From contig CAVZVA010000009.1 in NCBI GenBank assembly GCA_963778655.1, positions 32,001 to 96,000 on the forward strand: DNA of 64,000 nucleotides. The letters are read 5' to 3'. The notes beneath the pieces were generated by a model. It saw nothing but the letters and a program-made list of their open reading frames with translations, made no database searches and was not told the DNA's origin. This document shows, piece by piece, positions 24,120 to 38,340 of the stretch. The position numbers and the translations under genes were made by a program. Numbering within the stretch: the stretch's first letter is position 1; each line of letters starts with the position of its first letter. The DNA is from an uncultured delta proteobacterium. GTDB lineage: Bacteria > Myxococcota_A > Polyangia > Polyangiales > JAFGIB01.

Positions 24120-26342
24120 TCATCCCTCTGCGGTCGCGAGCTCGGCCTCGAGCGCGCGCGTGTCCTGGCTGATGCGGAGGATGATGAACTCCGCGGGCTT
24201 GTTGGTGGCGAGGCCCACGCGGGCGATGAGCTTGCCGGCGAAGATGACCGTGGGCGTGTTGAGCTGCTCGCTCACATCGACGAAGAACGCGGTGCTCGGC
24301 GTCCTGCTGCGGAATGCGCCGTTGTTCATCTGCGCGAGCAGGAAAGCGGTGATGGTGCGCCGGACCTGCGCGCGCAGCCCCTCGGTGTTGTTCTTGTGCC
24401 GCGCGAACTGGAGGCCCTGCTTCAGACTCCGCTCGATGAAGATGACGCCGCGACGCTCCGCGACGTAGGGGAAGTTGCCGCTGCCCTTGAGCGTGCGCGA
24501 GCCGTCGATGAAGCGCGGCAGGCCCGGGCCCGTGGTCAGCGGGTTGATGCGATGAGGATAGACGAGGTCGCGCTTGTTCTCCTCGAGGACCTCGTCCGTC
24601 TCGAAGCCGAGGACACCGAACATGCGGCCCGCCTCGATGCCTGCGGGCGGGTCGTAGACGCCGCCCGGCTGCGCCGAGTCCGTGCGCGCGAAGACGCCGG
24701 CCACGATGCCCGAGGGCGGGACGACGAGCTGCTCGGCCGACCCGAACACGCTCTTGGCCGGGTTGAGCACCTTCACCCGAGGCCAGTAGATCGCCCCGAA
24801 CTCGGAGAGCTCCTCGAGTGCGGCCGTCGTCGCGACGTAGGTGACGATGTCCGTCGCACTCTGGTTCGAGGGCGGATCGAGCACCGCGAAGACCGCGCCG
24901 TCGCGGTCGACCTCGCAGTAGCGCACCATCGCGTTGTGGACGGCGGGCGTGGCGCGCCCTGGGACGAGGAGCAGCGACAGCTCCTGCACCTGGTCGAGCG
25001 CGTGAAGGCCCGTCTTGGCGGGCTCGCTGCCGATGAAGTCGTTGTCATCGAGCCCCACGAGTCCGTCGCTGCCGCCCGTGAGGGCCACCGTCTGGGGCGG
25101 CGGGATGGGCGCACCCACGAGGAGCTGGTCGATGACGCGCACGTAGACGGAGCCGTTGCGCGCGTCGTTGACGATGCTCTCGACGTAGCGCGCCTCGCTC
25201 GGGTTCATCGAGAGGTTCGGGAAGGTCTCGCGGTAGGCGCCGTCCTCCACGACGAGCAGGTCGAACGCGCTCGGCGAGCCGTTCGTGGCGGCGCGAACTT
25301 CGGCCTCGACGCGGTTCGCGTAGGCGCCAGGGTCCTTGCCCTCGACGCGCACGGAGTTGGCGGTGCCCGAGGCTGCGCCGGAGTGGAGGGCGTTGTCGAG
25401 CCCGAACGCAGCCGCCGTAGCAGCGGCGGCCTGGACGCTGGCGCCCGGGCCGGTCGCGACGGTGCGGATGTCGAGCCCGCCGCCCACACCCGCGTCGACG
25501 GTCACGGTGGGGATCGCCGCCTCGACGACGGCCTTCACCTCGGCGACCTCGACGGCCCGCAGGTTCGCGACGTTGCCGCCGCCGACGGAGGCTGCACCGG
25601 GGAACGCGAGCACCGCGTTCGCGGTGCCGCCGGTAACCTGCACGCGGCTCGCGGTGCCTTCGGTGTCGCTCGCCAGTCGAACGATGCCGCCCGGCGTGGT
25701 GGCGCGCCCGCCGACGATCACCGCGTTGATGGCGGCGGCGACCTCGGTGGCCGTGGCGTTGGCGATGTCGGCGAAGTCCGCGGCCGAGAACAGCACCGTC
25801 TGCTCGAGGCCGTTGTCGACGCGCAGGAGCAGCTCCATGCCGTCGGCGAGCGCGTACGGACCCGCACCGCCAGCCGCCATCGCGGCCGCCGAGCCGTTGA
25901 ACACCGCGTCGGCATCGGGCGCACCGTCCACTGAGAGACGAACGAGCTCTCCGTCGTTCAGCACGAAGGGTCCGGGCGCGGCGCCGTGCAGGATGCCCGG
26001 CGTGGGACCGCCGCCCGCGACGAGGAAGCCCGCAGCGCGTACGGCGGTGGCGGTCGCTGCGTTGGCGACGTTCGAGTAGTGCGTGGTGCGGACCACCCAG
26101 AGCTGCGCCCCGCCGTTCTCGAAGAAGCCCATTGCAGCGAGCGCGAGATCCGAGTCGGGCGTGAAGCCGCCGAACTTGGTCTGGAAGTCGTCGAACGACG
26201 TGCAGAGCACGGCTTCGCCGATGGGGCCGCGCTCGGTGACGCCGACCGCGCCCGCGACGGAGGTGGGAGCCGAGGGGATGCCGCGAACCTTCGGCTCCTC
26301 CTCGACGATGACGACCTTGGACGACAGGAGCTGTCCGCTCAC
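24120..26342 (-). CDS. Tail sheath protein with inserted domains
   Basis: FFENGG..LWVVR, YWPRV, PPSG..AG, PAEFII.RI.Q. Confidence 0.95.
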   Translation of the reverse strand: MSGQLLSSKVVIVEEEPKVRGIPSAPTSVAGAVGVTERGPIGEAVLCTSFDDFQTKFGGFTPDSDLALAAMGFFENGGAQLWVVRTTHYSNVANAATATAVRAAGFLVAGGGPTPGILHGAAPGPFVLNDGELVRLSVDGAPDADAVFNGSAAAMAAGGAGPYALADGMELLLRVDNGLEQTVLFSAADFADIANATATEVAAAINAVIVGGRATTPGGIVRLASDTEGTASRVQVTGGTANAVLAFPGAASVGGGNVANLRAVEVAEVKAVVEAAIPTVTVDAGVGGGLDIRTVATGPGASVQAAAATAAAFGLDNALHSGAASGTANSVRVEGKDPGAYANRVEAEVRAATNGSPSAFDLLVVEDGAYRETFPNLSMNPSEARYVESIVNDARNGSVYVRVIDQLLVGAPIPPPQTVALTGGSDGLVGLDDNDFIGSEPAKTGLHALDQVQELSLLLVPGRATPAVHNAMVRYCEVDRDGAVFAVLDPPSNQSATDIVTYVATTAALEELSEFGAIYWPRVKVLNPAKSVFGSAEQLVVPPSGIVAGVFARTDSAQPGGVYDPPAGIEAGRMFGVLGFETDEVLEENKRDLVYPHRINPLTTGPGLPRFIDGSRTLKGSGNFPYVAERRGVIFIERSLKQGLQFARHKNNTEGLRAQVRRTITAFLLAQMNNGAFRSRTPSTAFFVDVSEQLNTPTVIFAGKLIARVGLATNKPAEFIILRISQDTRALEAELATAEG

Positions 26343-26698
26343 GATGCACCTCGCTTGTTCTTCTTCGCCTTCACGTCAGGGCGGCTGACCTCGGCGAGCG
26401 AGGTCGTGTGAAAGGGTGGAGTCGCGGCCACGACGGGCTTCGGCAGCTCAGGCACGTGGCGCTTCACGGCCAGGTCGCCGCGCTTCACCGCGCGCACGAC
26501 GTCGGGGATGGTCAGCACCGCGTCATCGAGCGCGGGGCTGGTCACGTCGCTCGCGAGCGTGAGGGACTTGGCCGTGCGCCGTGCCCGGCGCCCCTGCTCG
26601 ACGTCGCAGCGGCACTCGCCAAGCGCCTTGCAGTACGTCTCGTGCGCGAGCACGAAGACGAGGCAGCGCCCGCTGGTGTTGGTCAGAGAGACGGTCAC
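26339..26698 (-). CDS. Hypothetical protein
   Basis: GTGA overlaps at both ends. Confidence 0.7.
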   Translation of the reverse strand: MTVSLTNTSGRCLVFVLAHETYCKALGECRCDVEQGRRARRTAKSLTLASDVTSPALDDAVLTIPDVVRAVKRGDLAVKRHVPELPKPVVAATPPFHTTSLAEVSRPDVKAKKNKRGAS

Positions 26699-27603
26699 GG
26701 AGCACCTCCGGGAGCGATGGCCTGCGTCGGAAGCAGCTCGGGCTCGGTGACGCGCTTGCCGAGATCGAGGGGCAGCCCCTCGTCGACGTCGAAGCCGCGC
26801 ACGACGAAGCCGCAGGTGAACGCGCGCACGTCGTCCTTGCCCGCAAGCTGCGTACGGAACTCGCCATCGGTGTCGAGCTCCCAGCGGACGGTGCCTCGCG
26901 ACGCGTCGGCGGGATCGCGCTGCAGCTCGAGCCAGCGGTTGCGGTTCAGGAATGTCGCGACCGCCGCCATCAGGTTGAACAGCTCGGCGGTCCGCTCCGA
27001 CGCGGCGGTGAGCGAGAAGACGAGGTCGACGGTGTACGGTGGCTTGCGCCGAACGATCTCGGGCCCAGAGACGCCGCCCACCACGTCCTCATGGGCGACG
27101 TTCGCCGAGTAGAATCGGTTCGGGCGAAGCGTCGGCCCGGAGAGAACCAGCGACGGCACCTTCGCCATCGCGATGACGTTCAGCCCGTCGAGCGTCGTGT
27201 CGTCGTAGTCGACGCTGACCGTGGCGCTGACGTTCGCGAGCACCTGGCGCTTCAGCTCGCGCAGCATCTGCCGGATGACGCGAGTGAGATCGGCCTCGCG
27301 CGCAACGGTCGGACGCGAGAACCGGTAGGCGCTCGCGAGCACCACGGACTCGCCGGGCATCGGGTCGCCCGCCGCGTCGAGGTTCTGCAGTTCCACGTCG
27401 ACGACGCCGACCGCGTGGACCGGCGTGCGGAGGTCGACGATCCGCTGCCCGGCCTCGTCACGGACGGACAGCACCTCGGCGAGCACACCGCCGAACAGCA
27501 CCCGGACCCGGTTGGCGAGGTCGGCTCCGACGAGCCGCACGAGGTCGCCGCCGCTGGACGGCCCAGCGGGTGGCTGCACGGAGCTGAGAGTCGGGAGGGC
27601 CAC
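26695..27603 (-). CDS. IPT/TIG domain plus tail-terminator-like domain
   Basis: P..GP..GG..V.L.G start; P..VDL.F.L; directly before sheath cluster. Confidence 0.7.
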   Translation of the reverse strand: MALPTLSSVQPPAGPSSGGDLVRLVGADLANRVRVLFGGVLAEVLSVRDEAGQRIVDLRTPVHAVGVVDVELQNLDAAGDPMPGESVVLASAYRFSRPTVAREADLTRVIRQMLRELKRQVLANVSATVSVDYDDTTLDGLNVIAMAKVPSLVLSGPTLRPNRFYSANVAHEDVVGGVSGPEIVRRKPPYTVDLVFSLTAASERTAELFNLMAAVATFLNRNRWLELQRDPADASRGTVRWELDTDGEFRTQLAGKDDVRAFTCGFVVRGFDVDEGLPLDLGKRVTEPELLPTQAIAPGGAP

Positions 27604-27608
27604 GCGGA

Positions 27609-27640
27609 GGCAAAGCCACGGGACTTGGTGCTCAGGGGAC
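27609..27640 (-). promoter_or_regulatory. Class-B motif (N17), GTG 5 nt downstream
   Basis: GTCCCC-N17-GGCTTTGCC-TCCGC-GTG. Confidence 0.8.
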
Positions 27641-27653
27641 GCGCCCCTTCACA

Positions 27654-28244
27654 TCAGGGCGCGAGGCCAAGCTCCCTGGCGACGCGCTCCAGGAACCGCC
27701 TGCTGGCGCCCTCCCGGAACTTGTCAAACGCGGGCCGGAGGAAAGGCCGCGCCGGGACCTGCACGACGATGACGCCGCGCCCGCCGCCTCCCGTGGGCTC
27801 CTTGCCTGCCTTGCGGAGCAGCGCGAACAGGAAGCGCCGCATCTTCGGCGTGATGGGGATGATGACCGGCGGACCGCCGAACTCGTGGAGCTTCGCGAGG
27901 TCCACCATCGAGGCACCATCCTTCGAGCGTGCCGAACGCGAGACGCCGATGAAGGCCTCGTCGCCCTGCACGATCACGGTGATGGAGTTGCGGAGGTCGC
28001 CGCGGACAATCAGCGCCTTGCTCCCGCCGAAGCCCTCGAGCTGGCGGGCGGCGATTGTGAGCGGCGACGGAGGCTTCAGTGGCTCGCCACCGGGCGCTTG
28101 GCTCGTGAGCCCCTGGACGATGTCGTTGCGCAGGGCGTGAGCCTCCTGGCGCACGGCGGTGCCGATCGCCGCTTGCAGGCGCTGTGGCGCAGCGGTGAGG
28201 AGTCGCCGCGCCCGTGCCCAATCTCCCGTGCGCGAGACCGCCAT
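27654..28244 (-). CDS. Virion morphogenesis / tail completion protein
   Basis: L...[19 protein letters not shown]. Confidence 0.85.
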   Translation of the reverse strand: MAVSRTGDWARARRLLTAAPQRLQAAIGTAVRQEAHALRNDIVQGLTSQAPGGEPLKPPSPLTIAARQLEGFGGSKALIVRGDLRNSITVIVQGDEAFIGVSRSARSKDGASMVDLAKLHEFGGPPVIIPITPKMRRFLFALLRKAGKEPTGGGGRGVIVVQVPARPFLRPAFDKFREGASRRFLERVARELGLAP

Positions 28245-28247
28245 CGC

Positions 28248-28886
28248 TTACCCCTGCTTGAAGCGAAGGCGCGGCACGTGCTCGTCGAGCCAGCCAAGCG
28301 CAACGTGCGTCGCCTCGTTGATGACCGCGCCCTTCCTCACGCTAATGGCCGAGAGCGCGAGCGACTTGGCCGTGACCTCGATGTCCTCGTCTCGGCAGCC
28401 GTAGTCCTTGAGGACCGATGCCGTGCGCTGTGCCGAGGGCGTCGTGCCCGTGCGCCAGAACTGCAGCTCCAGGTTCGAGCGGTAGGCCTCGGCCTCCCAG
28501 CGGGCGCGGGCCCCGCGGTCCGCGAGGTAGCTGACCTCGTAGGAGAGCCCTTCACGATCGTGCTGCACGACGTGCTGGTGCTCGTGCACGCAGATGACGA
28601 CCTGATGCCAGAGGTCCCAGCCGCCCTTGGGCGAGCCGATCTCGAACGGCGTGTAGATGCGCCGACCGATGGTGGTCGTGAAGTTCTTGAGGAAGCGCTC
28701 CTTGCTCTGGACGCCGAGTGCTTCGAGCCCGCGCGCGACGAGCTGCATCTCGAGCGCGCTCGACTTGTTGATGACGCTCGTGCGGAAGTGGTCCTGCATG
28801 AAGCGCCAGAACGCCCAGACCTCCTCGGGCTTCACGTCGAGGAAGATCTTGCCGACGACCGGCAGCGACTGGAGGTAGCCCTTCAT
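28248..28886 (-). CDS. Putative zincin-like metalloprotein
   Basis: VHEHQHV.Q (HExxH) and downstream E.EAY. Confidence 0.6.
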   Translation of the reverse strand: MKGYLQSLPVVGKIFLDVKPEEVWAFWRFMQDHFRTSVINKSSALEMQLVARGLEALGVQSKERFLKNFTTTIGRRIYTPFEIGSPKGGWDLWHQVVICVHEHQHVVQHDREGLSYEVSYLADRGARARWEAEAYRSNLELQFWRTGTTPSAQRTASVLKDYGCRDEDIEVTAKSLALSAISVRKGAVINEATHVALGWLDEHVPRLRFKQG

Positions 28887-29173
28887 CGCCCACCTCCCGC
28901 CGCCGCGTCCGCGTCGCTCGCGGGCACGCAGGTGTGTCCGGTGATTCGACCGTCTTCAGTTGCCTCGTCGACGTACGCGCAGACGAAGGGCGCACCGCTC
29001 CGCTCGCTCACGTCGTCGCAGTCGGCGAGCTCGTGGTAGCTGCCGTCCGCGTCGCAGATCTCGGCCGTGTTGCTGGTGCAACGCGTGGCGCCCCGGACGC
29101 AGCCGTCGATGGGTCGGCAGTGCGCGCCGAGGCAGAGGGCGGCCAGGGCGCTGAAAATGAGGGCTCGCATCAT
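28883..29173 (-). CDS. Small Cys-rich secreted/lipoprotein
   Basis: Hydrophobic N-terminus ending LGAHC, further Cys residues downstream. Confidence 0.6.
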   Translation of the reverse strand: MMRALIFSALAALCLGAHCRPIDGCVRGATRCTSNTAEICDADGSYHELADCDDVSERSGAPFVCAYVDEATEDGRITGHTCVPASDADAAAGGGR

Positions 29174-29670
29174 GATCCACTCCGTGCGGCTGCGCGGTCC
29201 TGGAAGGAGACGAGCAGCAGGTTGCGGCTGGGCCGACGCCGATGGAGCCCGAAGCCGATGGGACGCGCCTCGGTCACGTAAAGACCGGGTGGCGTGCGCA
29301 CGGCCTGGACGAGCTGGCCGTCGCGCGCGTAGAGCGCGCCCAGCCTGTCGCTCGGGCGAATCAGGGCGTCGCCCGAGGCAGCGTCGACGAGGCCGAGCCG
29401 CTCGAGGTCCCTGAAGTGGAAGACCAGATCGAAGCTCGACCTGGGCGTGTTCCCGGACGTCGCCATGCGCAAGGCTTCAAAAGCCTCCGGCTCCACCTGG
29501 CAGGGGACGCGCACCGGCAGATGCTCGCGACGAAAGGGCTCACCGACACCATCGTCGTCTGTGTCGACGAGGACGGGCTCCTTGAAGTCCTCGTCGTAGT
29601 CGGGCGCCATCGCCTGCGTGTCGAGGCGATGCAGTTCCGCGACGAACGGGAAGATGAGGCGCCCGCGCAT
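29170..29670 (-). CDS. Probable head closure protein
   Basis: Position after adaptor; coupled start. Confidence 0.55.
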   Translation of the reverse strand: MRGRLIFPFVAELHRLDTQAMAPDYDEDFKEPVLVDTDDDGVGEPFRREHLPVRVPCQVEPEAFEALRMATSGNTPRSSFDLVFHFRDLERLGLVDAASGDALIRPSDRLGALYARDGQLVQAVRTPPGLYVTEARPIGFGLHRRRPSRNLLLVSFQDRAAARSGS

Positions 29671-30311
29671 CACGCCGCTCCGATCGGCGTCGGTCGCACG
29701 TAGAGCGCAAGGAGCGCGTCGACCTCCGGGTCCCCGGTGAGGCTCGCCGACGCCGAGGCCTTTGAGGGGTCTAGCCTGTAGCTCTGGTCGCGCGTCCGCT
29801 CCTCGATGATGCGCCAGCGACTGCGTGCCTCGAACGAGGCGTCGTCGGCGAGCGGCGCCATCGAGCGCAGGACGAGGAGCATCGTCGCGCGGCGGATCGC
29901 GGGCGGCGTGCGCCCCGTGAGCGTGCCGTCGTACTCGGTGAGGCCCCAGAGCCCCTCTGCCACCACGTTGCCGTGGCCGCGCGGGAACACGCGCCCGTGG
30001 CGGCGCGTGAAGCGCGGGCCGTCGAAGCCAGGCTGGACGGGCGCGCCGACGACGAGCAGCTCGCTCGGGTCGAGCGACAGCTCAACGGTGCCGAGCAGGA
30101 GCCGGTCCACGCGGATCGGCGGCACCGGAAGCTCGATGCTCGGGGCGCCGCGCCCGGAGAGATGCAGCGTCAGCACGCGCGGCTCGAAGAACCAGCCCGT
30201 CACGCGATCGATGAGCCGCGACGCCTCGTCGAGCAGCAGCTCGAGGCGTGCGTCGCTCGCCTCGGCCGCCGTCACGCCTTCGGCGCGCAGGTCGGCAACC
30301 GAGGCGTACAC
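29670..30311 (-). CDS. Head-tail adaptor (gp6/gp15-like)
   Basis: YASVADLR...ASR.ID..TG.FF, P.AI..A, L..Y. Confidence 0.8.
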   Translation of the reverse strand: MYASVADLRAEGVTAAEASDARLELLLDEASRLIDRVTGWFFEPRVLTLHLSGRGAPSIELPVPPIRVDRLLLGTVELSLDPSELLVVGAPVQPGFDGPRFTRRHGRVFPRGHGNVVAEGLWGLTEYDGTLTGRTPPAIRRATMLLVLRSMAPLADDASFEARSRWRIIEERTRDQSYRLDPSKASASASLTGDPEVDALLALYVRPTPIGAA

Positions 30312-30312
30312 G

Positions 30313-30708
<396 letters not shown>

Positions 30709-30721
30709 GGCTCAGTTCTCC

Positions 30722-31661
<940 letters not shown>

Positions 31662-31686
31662 GGGCGCGGGCTCCTTCCGGCGGGGT

Positions 31687-32496
31687 TCAGAGGTCGTGGA
31701 AGGAGATCGCCTTGTCGACGCTCTCCCGGTCCTTGGGCTTGTTGAGATCGAGCGGCCATCCCACGTCCTCGACGGTGGCCTTCGACATGCGCTCCGCGGG
31801 CGCGGCGCTGTTCGGCAGTCCGAACTGCTTCTCGACGCGCCCGAGCCGCTGCTGTTGCTCCTTCACGGTCTCCGACAGCGCGCGGAACGAGTCGGCGAGC
31901 TTCGCCAGCGACTCGGTGACGCTCGGCGTCCCCGTCGCGGGCGAGTCCTTGGCGGCCAGCGCCGGCTCCGGCTGTGCCGGCGCCTCGGTCTGCGTGGAGG
32001 GCACCTTGGCCGCGAGCTCGGCGAGGCGGGCGAGCGCCTGCTTGGCAGCGGTGACGTTGCCGGCGAAGTCGCTCGATGGGGCGGGCTTGGCGCCGTCGCT
32101 CTTTGCGCGGGCCTCGATGTCCTCGTCGGCCCCGGCGCTGCGGGCGAGGAGCTGCTCAGCGACGGAGCGCAGCTCCTCTGCCAGCTCGGCGAGGCGGGCA
32201 TCCGCCTGGTCGGCGCCGAGCGAGCCGAGCAGCTCGACGAGCCCGGTCAGGCTCTCGAGCGCGGTCAGCGCGGCCCCGAGCGCGGTGCCGTCGTCGAGCT
32301 TCGCCGTGGGCGCAGCGGGCGGCGACGGATCGGTGGTCGTGGTGTCGGTGGTGTTGTCGTCGTCCATTGCGTCATCCCTCTTCACGATCAGGAAGCGGTG
32401 CTTGTTGGCAGCGCGGTCGACGAGCGAGACCTCCTCGACGACCATGTCGACGAGGCGATGCACGCCGTCGTCCGCCTTGTTCATCGGCGTCGTCAT
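31687..32496 (-). CDS. Scaffold-like protein with N-terminal XkdF protease segment
   Basis: [19 protein letters not shown] then helical Ala/Glu/Lys-rich region; ATGA overlap with upstream gene. Confidence 0.8.
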   Translation of the reverse strand: MTTPMNKADDGVHRLVDMVVEEVSLVDRAANKHRFLIVKRDDAMDDDNTTDTTTTDPSPPAAPTAKLDDGTALGAALTALESLTGLVELLGSLGADQADARLAELAEELRSVAEQLLARSAGADEDIEARAKSDGAKPAPSSDFAGNVTAAKQALARLAELAAKVPSTQTEAPAQPEPALAAKDSPATGTPSVTESLAKLADSFRALSETVKEQQQRLGRVEKQFGLPNSAAPAERMSKATVEDVGWPLDLNKPKDRESVDKAISFHDL

Positions 32497-34676
32497 GCGG
32501 CGGCCTCCGAGGCGGGCTGGTTGTTGGTCGGCTGTTCCGAGGTCGGAACGGGCGCGGGCTCGGGCACTCGACGCGCCGAGCCGCCGATGGAGAAGCCCGT
32601 GAGGTCGCCCGTCTTCACGCGCTCCCACAGCTCATCGGAGAGCACGCGCACGGCGAGGAGCCACGTGCCCTTGCGGACCGCCAGCTCCCCGATCGTGAAG
32701 TCGGTTGGCGCTAGATAGCTCTCCAGCACCTTCACCTGCCCGTTGACGCGCAGGCGATGCATGAGGCCGAGGCCGCCGAAGTCCTCCATGAAGCGGTGGG
32801 CGGCGGCGCGGATCTCCTCGGCCGAGTAGATGTCGCCCTGCGCATCGACGACCTCGGGCTCGAGCACGATGCCCAGCACGAAGCGCTCGTCGTTCGGGTC
32901 GATGCCCTTCACGAGGCGCGAGGGCTTGTCGAACACCAGCTCGTCGACGCTCGGATCGAGCGGCAGGTGCTCGCACTTGGCGACGAGCTCGAAGTCCGCG
33001 GCCTTGCGCACCGGGAAGTTGGCGACGAAGAGGCGCATGGCCTGCTTGGCGCCGCCGCGCCCCGATGCCTCGCGCACCTTGAGTCGGAAGACGTGCCCGA
33101 CCTTCTTGAAGGCGGCGACGTTCTCCGGGGTCGGGTTGAGGACGGCGATGAACTTGCCCTCGACCTTCGCGAGCGCGTCGATGAACTCGTCGAGGTCGAT
33201 GACCTTGTCTTTGTCGAACCACTCGCCGGGGTACGGCGGGTCGATGAAGAAGAAGGTGTCCTTGCTGTCGAAGGCCTCGATCGTCTTGCGGTAGTCCTGC
33301 CGCAGGATGCTCACGTCCTTCAGGCGCTCGGCGGCCCGGAGGTACTTCTCCGGGTTGGTGGTCGAGCCGAGGTGCTGCTGCGCCGGATGCGTGCCGTCGG
33401 GACGGCAGTCGCGCGCATGCGTGCGAACGAAGACGAGCTTGTAGAAACGGGCGACGTCGTCCTTCGGCGTCATGTCGCGCGCCTTGGCGAAGCTCTCCTG
33501 CGTGACGGTCCACTCGAAGCGGCGGCGTAGCTCCTCGACGCGCTCGGGCGTCATCGCCTTGATGCTGCGGTGGAGGAACACCACGTCGTCGTCGAGGTCC
33601 GCGATGACCTCCTTGTTGCTCGGGTCCTTCGCGTGCAGCACCGCCGCCGCGCCTGCGAAGGGCTCGACGTAGGTCTTGTGCGCCGGGATGAGCGGCACGA
33701 TGCGCTTCGCGTAGTGGAACGAGCCGCCGAACGTTCCGAAGGGCTGCGCCTTCTCGACGTCGTCGGCGCCGTCGTCGAGTGCGCCGTCCCAGTCGTCGAG
33801 GACGAACTCGTCGTCGAGCGCCTTGGTCGTCGGCTCGTAGTTCGCCACCAGGAGCTGCGTCAGCACCGAGCTGCCGCCGACGCCGCGCATGTGCGCGATC
33901 GAGCGCCGCGTGCGGATGCGCTTCGTCCAGAAGTCGCTGTCCTTCACCAGCTCCGGGAACTTGCCCCGGATGCCGTAGGTGATGAGGAAGCGGCCTTTGA
34001 GCGACTTGAGCAGCTTGAAGAACCGCTCTTCGTCGAACTCGCTCTCGCCGACGTCGACGTTGTAGCCGGGGTACGGCGGGTCCAGGAAGAAGACCGTGTC
34101 CCTGCTGTCGTACTTGCGAACGACCTTCTCGTAGTCGCCGCCGTAGACCTTCACCCTCTTCAGGCGCGGCGCGAACTTCTCGATGCGCTTGATGGTCGTC
34201 GCCTCGACGCCGACCACCGTTGGGCTGAAGCTCTTGCCGCGCATCTTCCCGTAGGAGAAGTGCGTCAGGTACAAGAAGCGGTGCAGCCGCTCGACGTCGT
34301 CCTCGGGCTCGACGTCGAGGAGCCGCTTGAAGGTCTTCTCGTCGCCGACCCACGGCAGCTTCTTCAGCTTCGCGAGCCCCTCGGGCGAGAGCTTCTTGAT
34401 GAGCCGGTAGGCGTCGGCGATCTCCAGGTCGGCGTCGTTGATGACCTCGACCTCCGCGGGCTCCTTGGCGAACAGCACCGCCGCGCTGCCGGCGAACGGC
34501 TCGACGTAGGTCTTGTGCGCCGGGAGCATCGCCACGAGGCGGTCCGCCAGGCGCTTCTTGCCCGCGGGCGAGCCCCAGATGGTCTTCTCGACCTCGGTGC
34601 CGTGCGGGCGCGCGCCCTCGTTGGCCGCGAGGATGCGGCGCGCGTGGGCGACGGCGGCTTCGCGTCGGTCAGGCAT
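32493..34676 (-). CDS. Fusion: two D12/Dam-like N6-adenine methyltransferases plus XkdF-type prohead protease core
   Basis: Two [10 protein letters not shown] and two DPPY motifs; C-terminal GIVLEP..VDAQGD..S.EEI..AAH.F...ESY.AP..KG.W...GFSIGG. Confidence 0.9.
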   Translation of the reverse strand: MPDRREAAVAHARRILAANEGARPHGTEVEKTIWGSPAGKKRLADRLVAMLPAHKTYVEPFAGSAAVLFAKEPAEVEVINDADLEIADAYRLIKKLSPEGLAKLKKLPWVGDEKTFKRLLDVEPEDDVERLHRFLYLTHFSYGKMRGKSFSPTVVGVEATTIKRIEKFAPRLKRVKVYGGDYEKVVRKYDSRDTVFFLDPPYPGYNVDVGESEFDEERFFKLLKSLKGRFLITYGIRGKFPELVKDSDFWTKRIRTRRSIAHMRGVGGSSVLTQLLVANYEPTTKALDDEFVLDDWDGALDDGADDVEKAQPFGTFGGSFHYAKRIVPLIPAHKTYVEPFAGAAAVLHAKDPSNKEVIADLDDDVVFLHRSIKAMTPERVEELRRRFEWTVTQESFAKARDMTPKDDVARFYKLVFVRTHARDCRPDGTHPAQQHLGSTTNPEKYLRAAERLKDVSILRQDYRKTIEAFDSKDTFFFIDPPYPGEWFDKDKVIDLDEFIDALAKVEGKFIAVLNPTPENVAAFKKVGHVFRLKVREASGRGGAKQAMRLFVANFPVRKAADFELVAKCEHLPLDPSVDELVFDKPSRLVKGIDPNDERFVLGIVLEPEVVDAQGDIYSAEEIRAAAHRFMEDFGGLGLMHRLRVNGQVKVLESYLAPTDFTIGELAVRKGTWLLAVRVLSDELWERVKTGDLTGFSIGGSARRVPEPAPVPTSEQPTNNQPASEAAA

Positions 34677-34866
34677 CGCGCAGCGCCTCCGGGTCGGTGC
34701 CCCACTCGGGGCGGTCGCTGGAGGGAGCGTTCAGGTCGCGCGGCCAGACGAAGGGCGCGTCCTGCTTCGCCGTCTTGTCCCCGGTCCGCCCGGGCACAGA
34801 CGGAGGCGGCCCATCCCCGGTGGTCGGGGCGGTCGTCTCGGGCTCGCGCGGCTTGGTCTCGGGCAT
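34669..34866 (-). CDS. Small Pro-rich protein sharing WPxDLNxP with the scaffold C-terminus
   Basis: GGAGG RBS after class-B motif; FVWPRDLNAP. Confidence 0.65.
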   Translation of the reverse strand: MPETKPREPETTAPTTGDGPPPSVPGRTGDKTAKQDAPFVWPRDLNAPSSDRPEWGTDPEALRDA

Positions 34867-34883
34867 GCGACGTCCTCCGCAGA

Positions 34884-34914
34884 GGCAAAGCCGCCGACTT
34901 CGCGCGGAGGGGAC
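34884..34914 (-). promoter_or_regulatory. Class-B motif (N16)
   Basis: GTCCCC-N16-GGCTTTGCC. Confidence 0.8.
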
Positions 34915-34928
34915 ACAGTGCTCGCGAA

Positions 34929-36014
34929 TCACACGACCGCGAGCGTCGTGGACCGGCAGAGGCCGTGGTACGGCGGGAAGCCTATGCCCACCTCGTTCAG
35001 CGCGGTGTCGCTGGCGAGCGCGCGGAAGTCGCCGCGATCGTCCCGCGTGCCCATCGCCGAGCGCGTGATCTCGGCGAGGTCGGTCCGACCGGCGCCGCCG
35101 TCCACGTAGAGCCGGGTGCGGCCGGTCTCGCGGTCCTGGGCCTCACGAACCCACGGCACGGCCTGCTTGATGGCCTCCGGGTCTTCGAGCTGCTCGATGC
35201 GGTCGAAGCGCCTGAGGGCGTCAGCCACCGAGAACGTCTTGCCGTGCAGGTAGCGGCAGATGTTCGTGGTCTGCTCGTCGAGCACCGCCTCGATGCGGTA
35301 CTGCCGGATGCCCGCCTCGGCGTAGCTGCTCATCTGCGCGTAGGAGCGGCCCTGCGCGATGAACGAGGCAGCGACCGTCTCCCAGTAGAACGGGGCGCGG
35401 TCCACGAGCGCCGCACGGGCTGCCTGTTCGAGCGCCTGGGCGATGTCGTCACGCCCGAGCCCTTCCTCGAGCCCGGTGGCGACGATACGCCGGGCCTCCT
35501 TGCCGAAGCCCTCGACGCGCCGGCCGTACTCGTCGCGGACGAAGTTGCCCTGGGAGCTGGTCACGTGGGCGATGACGCGGCGGTCGATGGCGTTGAACTC
35601 GGCGCCGATCGCGAGCCGCTGGCTGCGCCGGGCGTCGGTACGCGTGGCGGCGACCACCTCCTGCGCGGCGTCGTTGAACGGGGCCTCGATGCGTGCGGGC
35701 ACGAGTGCCGTGGCGCGCCCGGCAGCGGCCATCGCCTCGGAGACCAAGCGGCGCCGCTCGGCGGCCGTGGTGCGAGCCCAGTCGATGTCGAGGACGGAGA
35801 TCGCCTCCCCCACAGCATCGGTGTCGGCACGCCGGGTGGCGCGCCGGAGCTGGGCCGCCAGGAGCGCCACGGCACGATCGAACCCGACGCGGGTGCCCAG
35901 GTTCATGGCCTTGGCGACGGGAAGCCGAAGGAAATGCTCGACGAGCTCGTCGGCCGCGACTCGGGCCTCGTGAACGACGAGGAGTCGATCAGCGAAAGCG
36001 GATGTGCCGCACAT
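34929..36014 (-). CDS. Minor head protein (MuF / SPP1 gp7 family)
   Basis: AVLD..TT.IC..L.GK.F and PPYH..CRS. Confidence 0.9.
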   Translation of the reverse strand: MCGTSAFADRLLVVHEARVAADELVEHFLRLPVAKAMNLGTRVGFDRAVALLAAQLRRATRRADTDAVGEAISVLDIDWARTTAAERRRLVSEAMAAAGRATALVPARIEAPFNDAAQEVVAATRTDARRSQRLAIGAEFNAIDRRVIAHVTSSQGNFVRDEYGRRVEGFGKEARRIVATGLEEGLGRDDIAQALEQAARAALVDRAPFYWETVAASFIAQGRSYAQMSSYAEAGIRQYRIEAVLDEQTTNICRYLHGKTFSVADALRRFDRIEQLEDPEAIKQAVPWVREAQDRETGRTRLYVDGGAGRTDLAEITRSAMGTRDDRGDFRALASDTALNEVGIGFPPYHGLCRSTTLAVV

Positions 36015-36288
36015 CGGCGTCCTCCTCGAGCCGCAGCTCGCCGTGGCTCACGTGCATCAGGACGCGGCAGAAGGTGCAGCGCAGCGCCTTTGAGAACGTC
36101 AGGTCGTCGGGCGCGTCACCCTCGTCGATGTCGAGCCCATCGGTGCCGACGATCGCTGGCGTGTTGAACCCGCAGCGCAGGCAGCAGACGTGGTAGCCGA
36201 CGAGGAGGTTCGAGCGGTCCTGCGGGACGCGGCGGATCTCGCCGCGCTCGAGGCGGCACGGGCGCTTGGTCGCGGGGACCAGCTTCAC
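35989..36288 (-). CDS. Small Zn-ribbon protein
   Basis: CCLRCG...CTFC; GTGA overlap. Confidence 0.65.
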   Translation of the reverse strand: MKLVPATKRPCRLERGEIRRVPQDRSNLLVGYHVCCLRCGFNTPAIVGTDGLDIDEGDAPDDLTFSKALRCTFCRVLMHVSHGELRLEEDADVRHIRFR

Positions 36289-36528
36289 GTCCCGCCTCCG
36301 ATGACGAGCGGGCCTCGCCGCCTGGCGCGCACCTCGACGCCCGCCTCCGTCGGCGAGAACACGACGTCGTGGCAGGAGGCGCAGCGGTCGCAGAGCGCGA
36401 AGACCAAGAGGCCGTTGCGCCAGAGCGTCGTGGTCTCGTCCAGCCCCGCGTGGCGCTGGCACATGCGGCAGGCGATGACGCCGCGCTCGGCGTCGAGCTG
36501 GGCCTGCTGCACCCACGCACGGTGGTGC

Positions 36529-36539
<11 letters not shown>
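36285..36539 (-). CDS. Small Zn-finger protein
   Basis: CRMC...LCDRC; GAGG RBS. Confidence 0.65.

Positions 36540-38336
<1,797 letters not shown>

Positions 38337-38340
<4 letters not shown>

Noticed and set aside
33661..34525. 28-nt direct repeat at 33661 and 34498 as a recombination or DGR repeat
   Set aside because: Encodes the conserved PAHKTYVEP motif of the duplicated methyltransferase domains; no reverse transcriptase present
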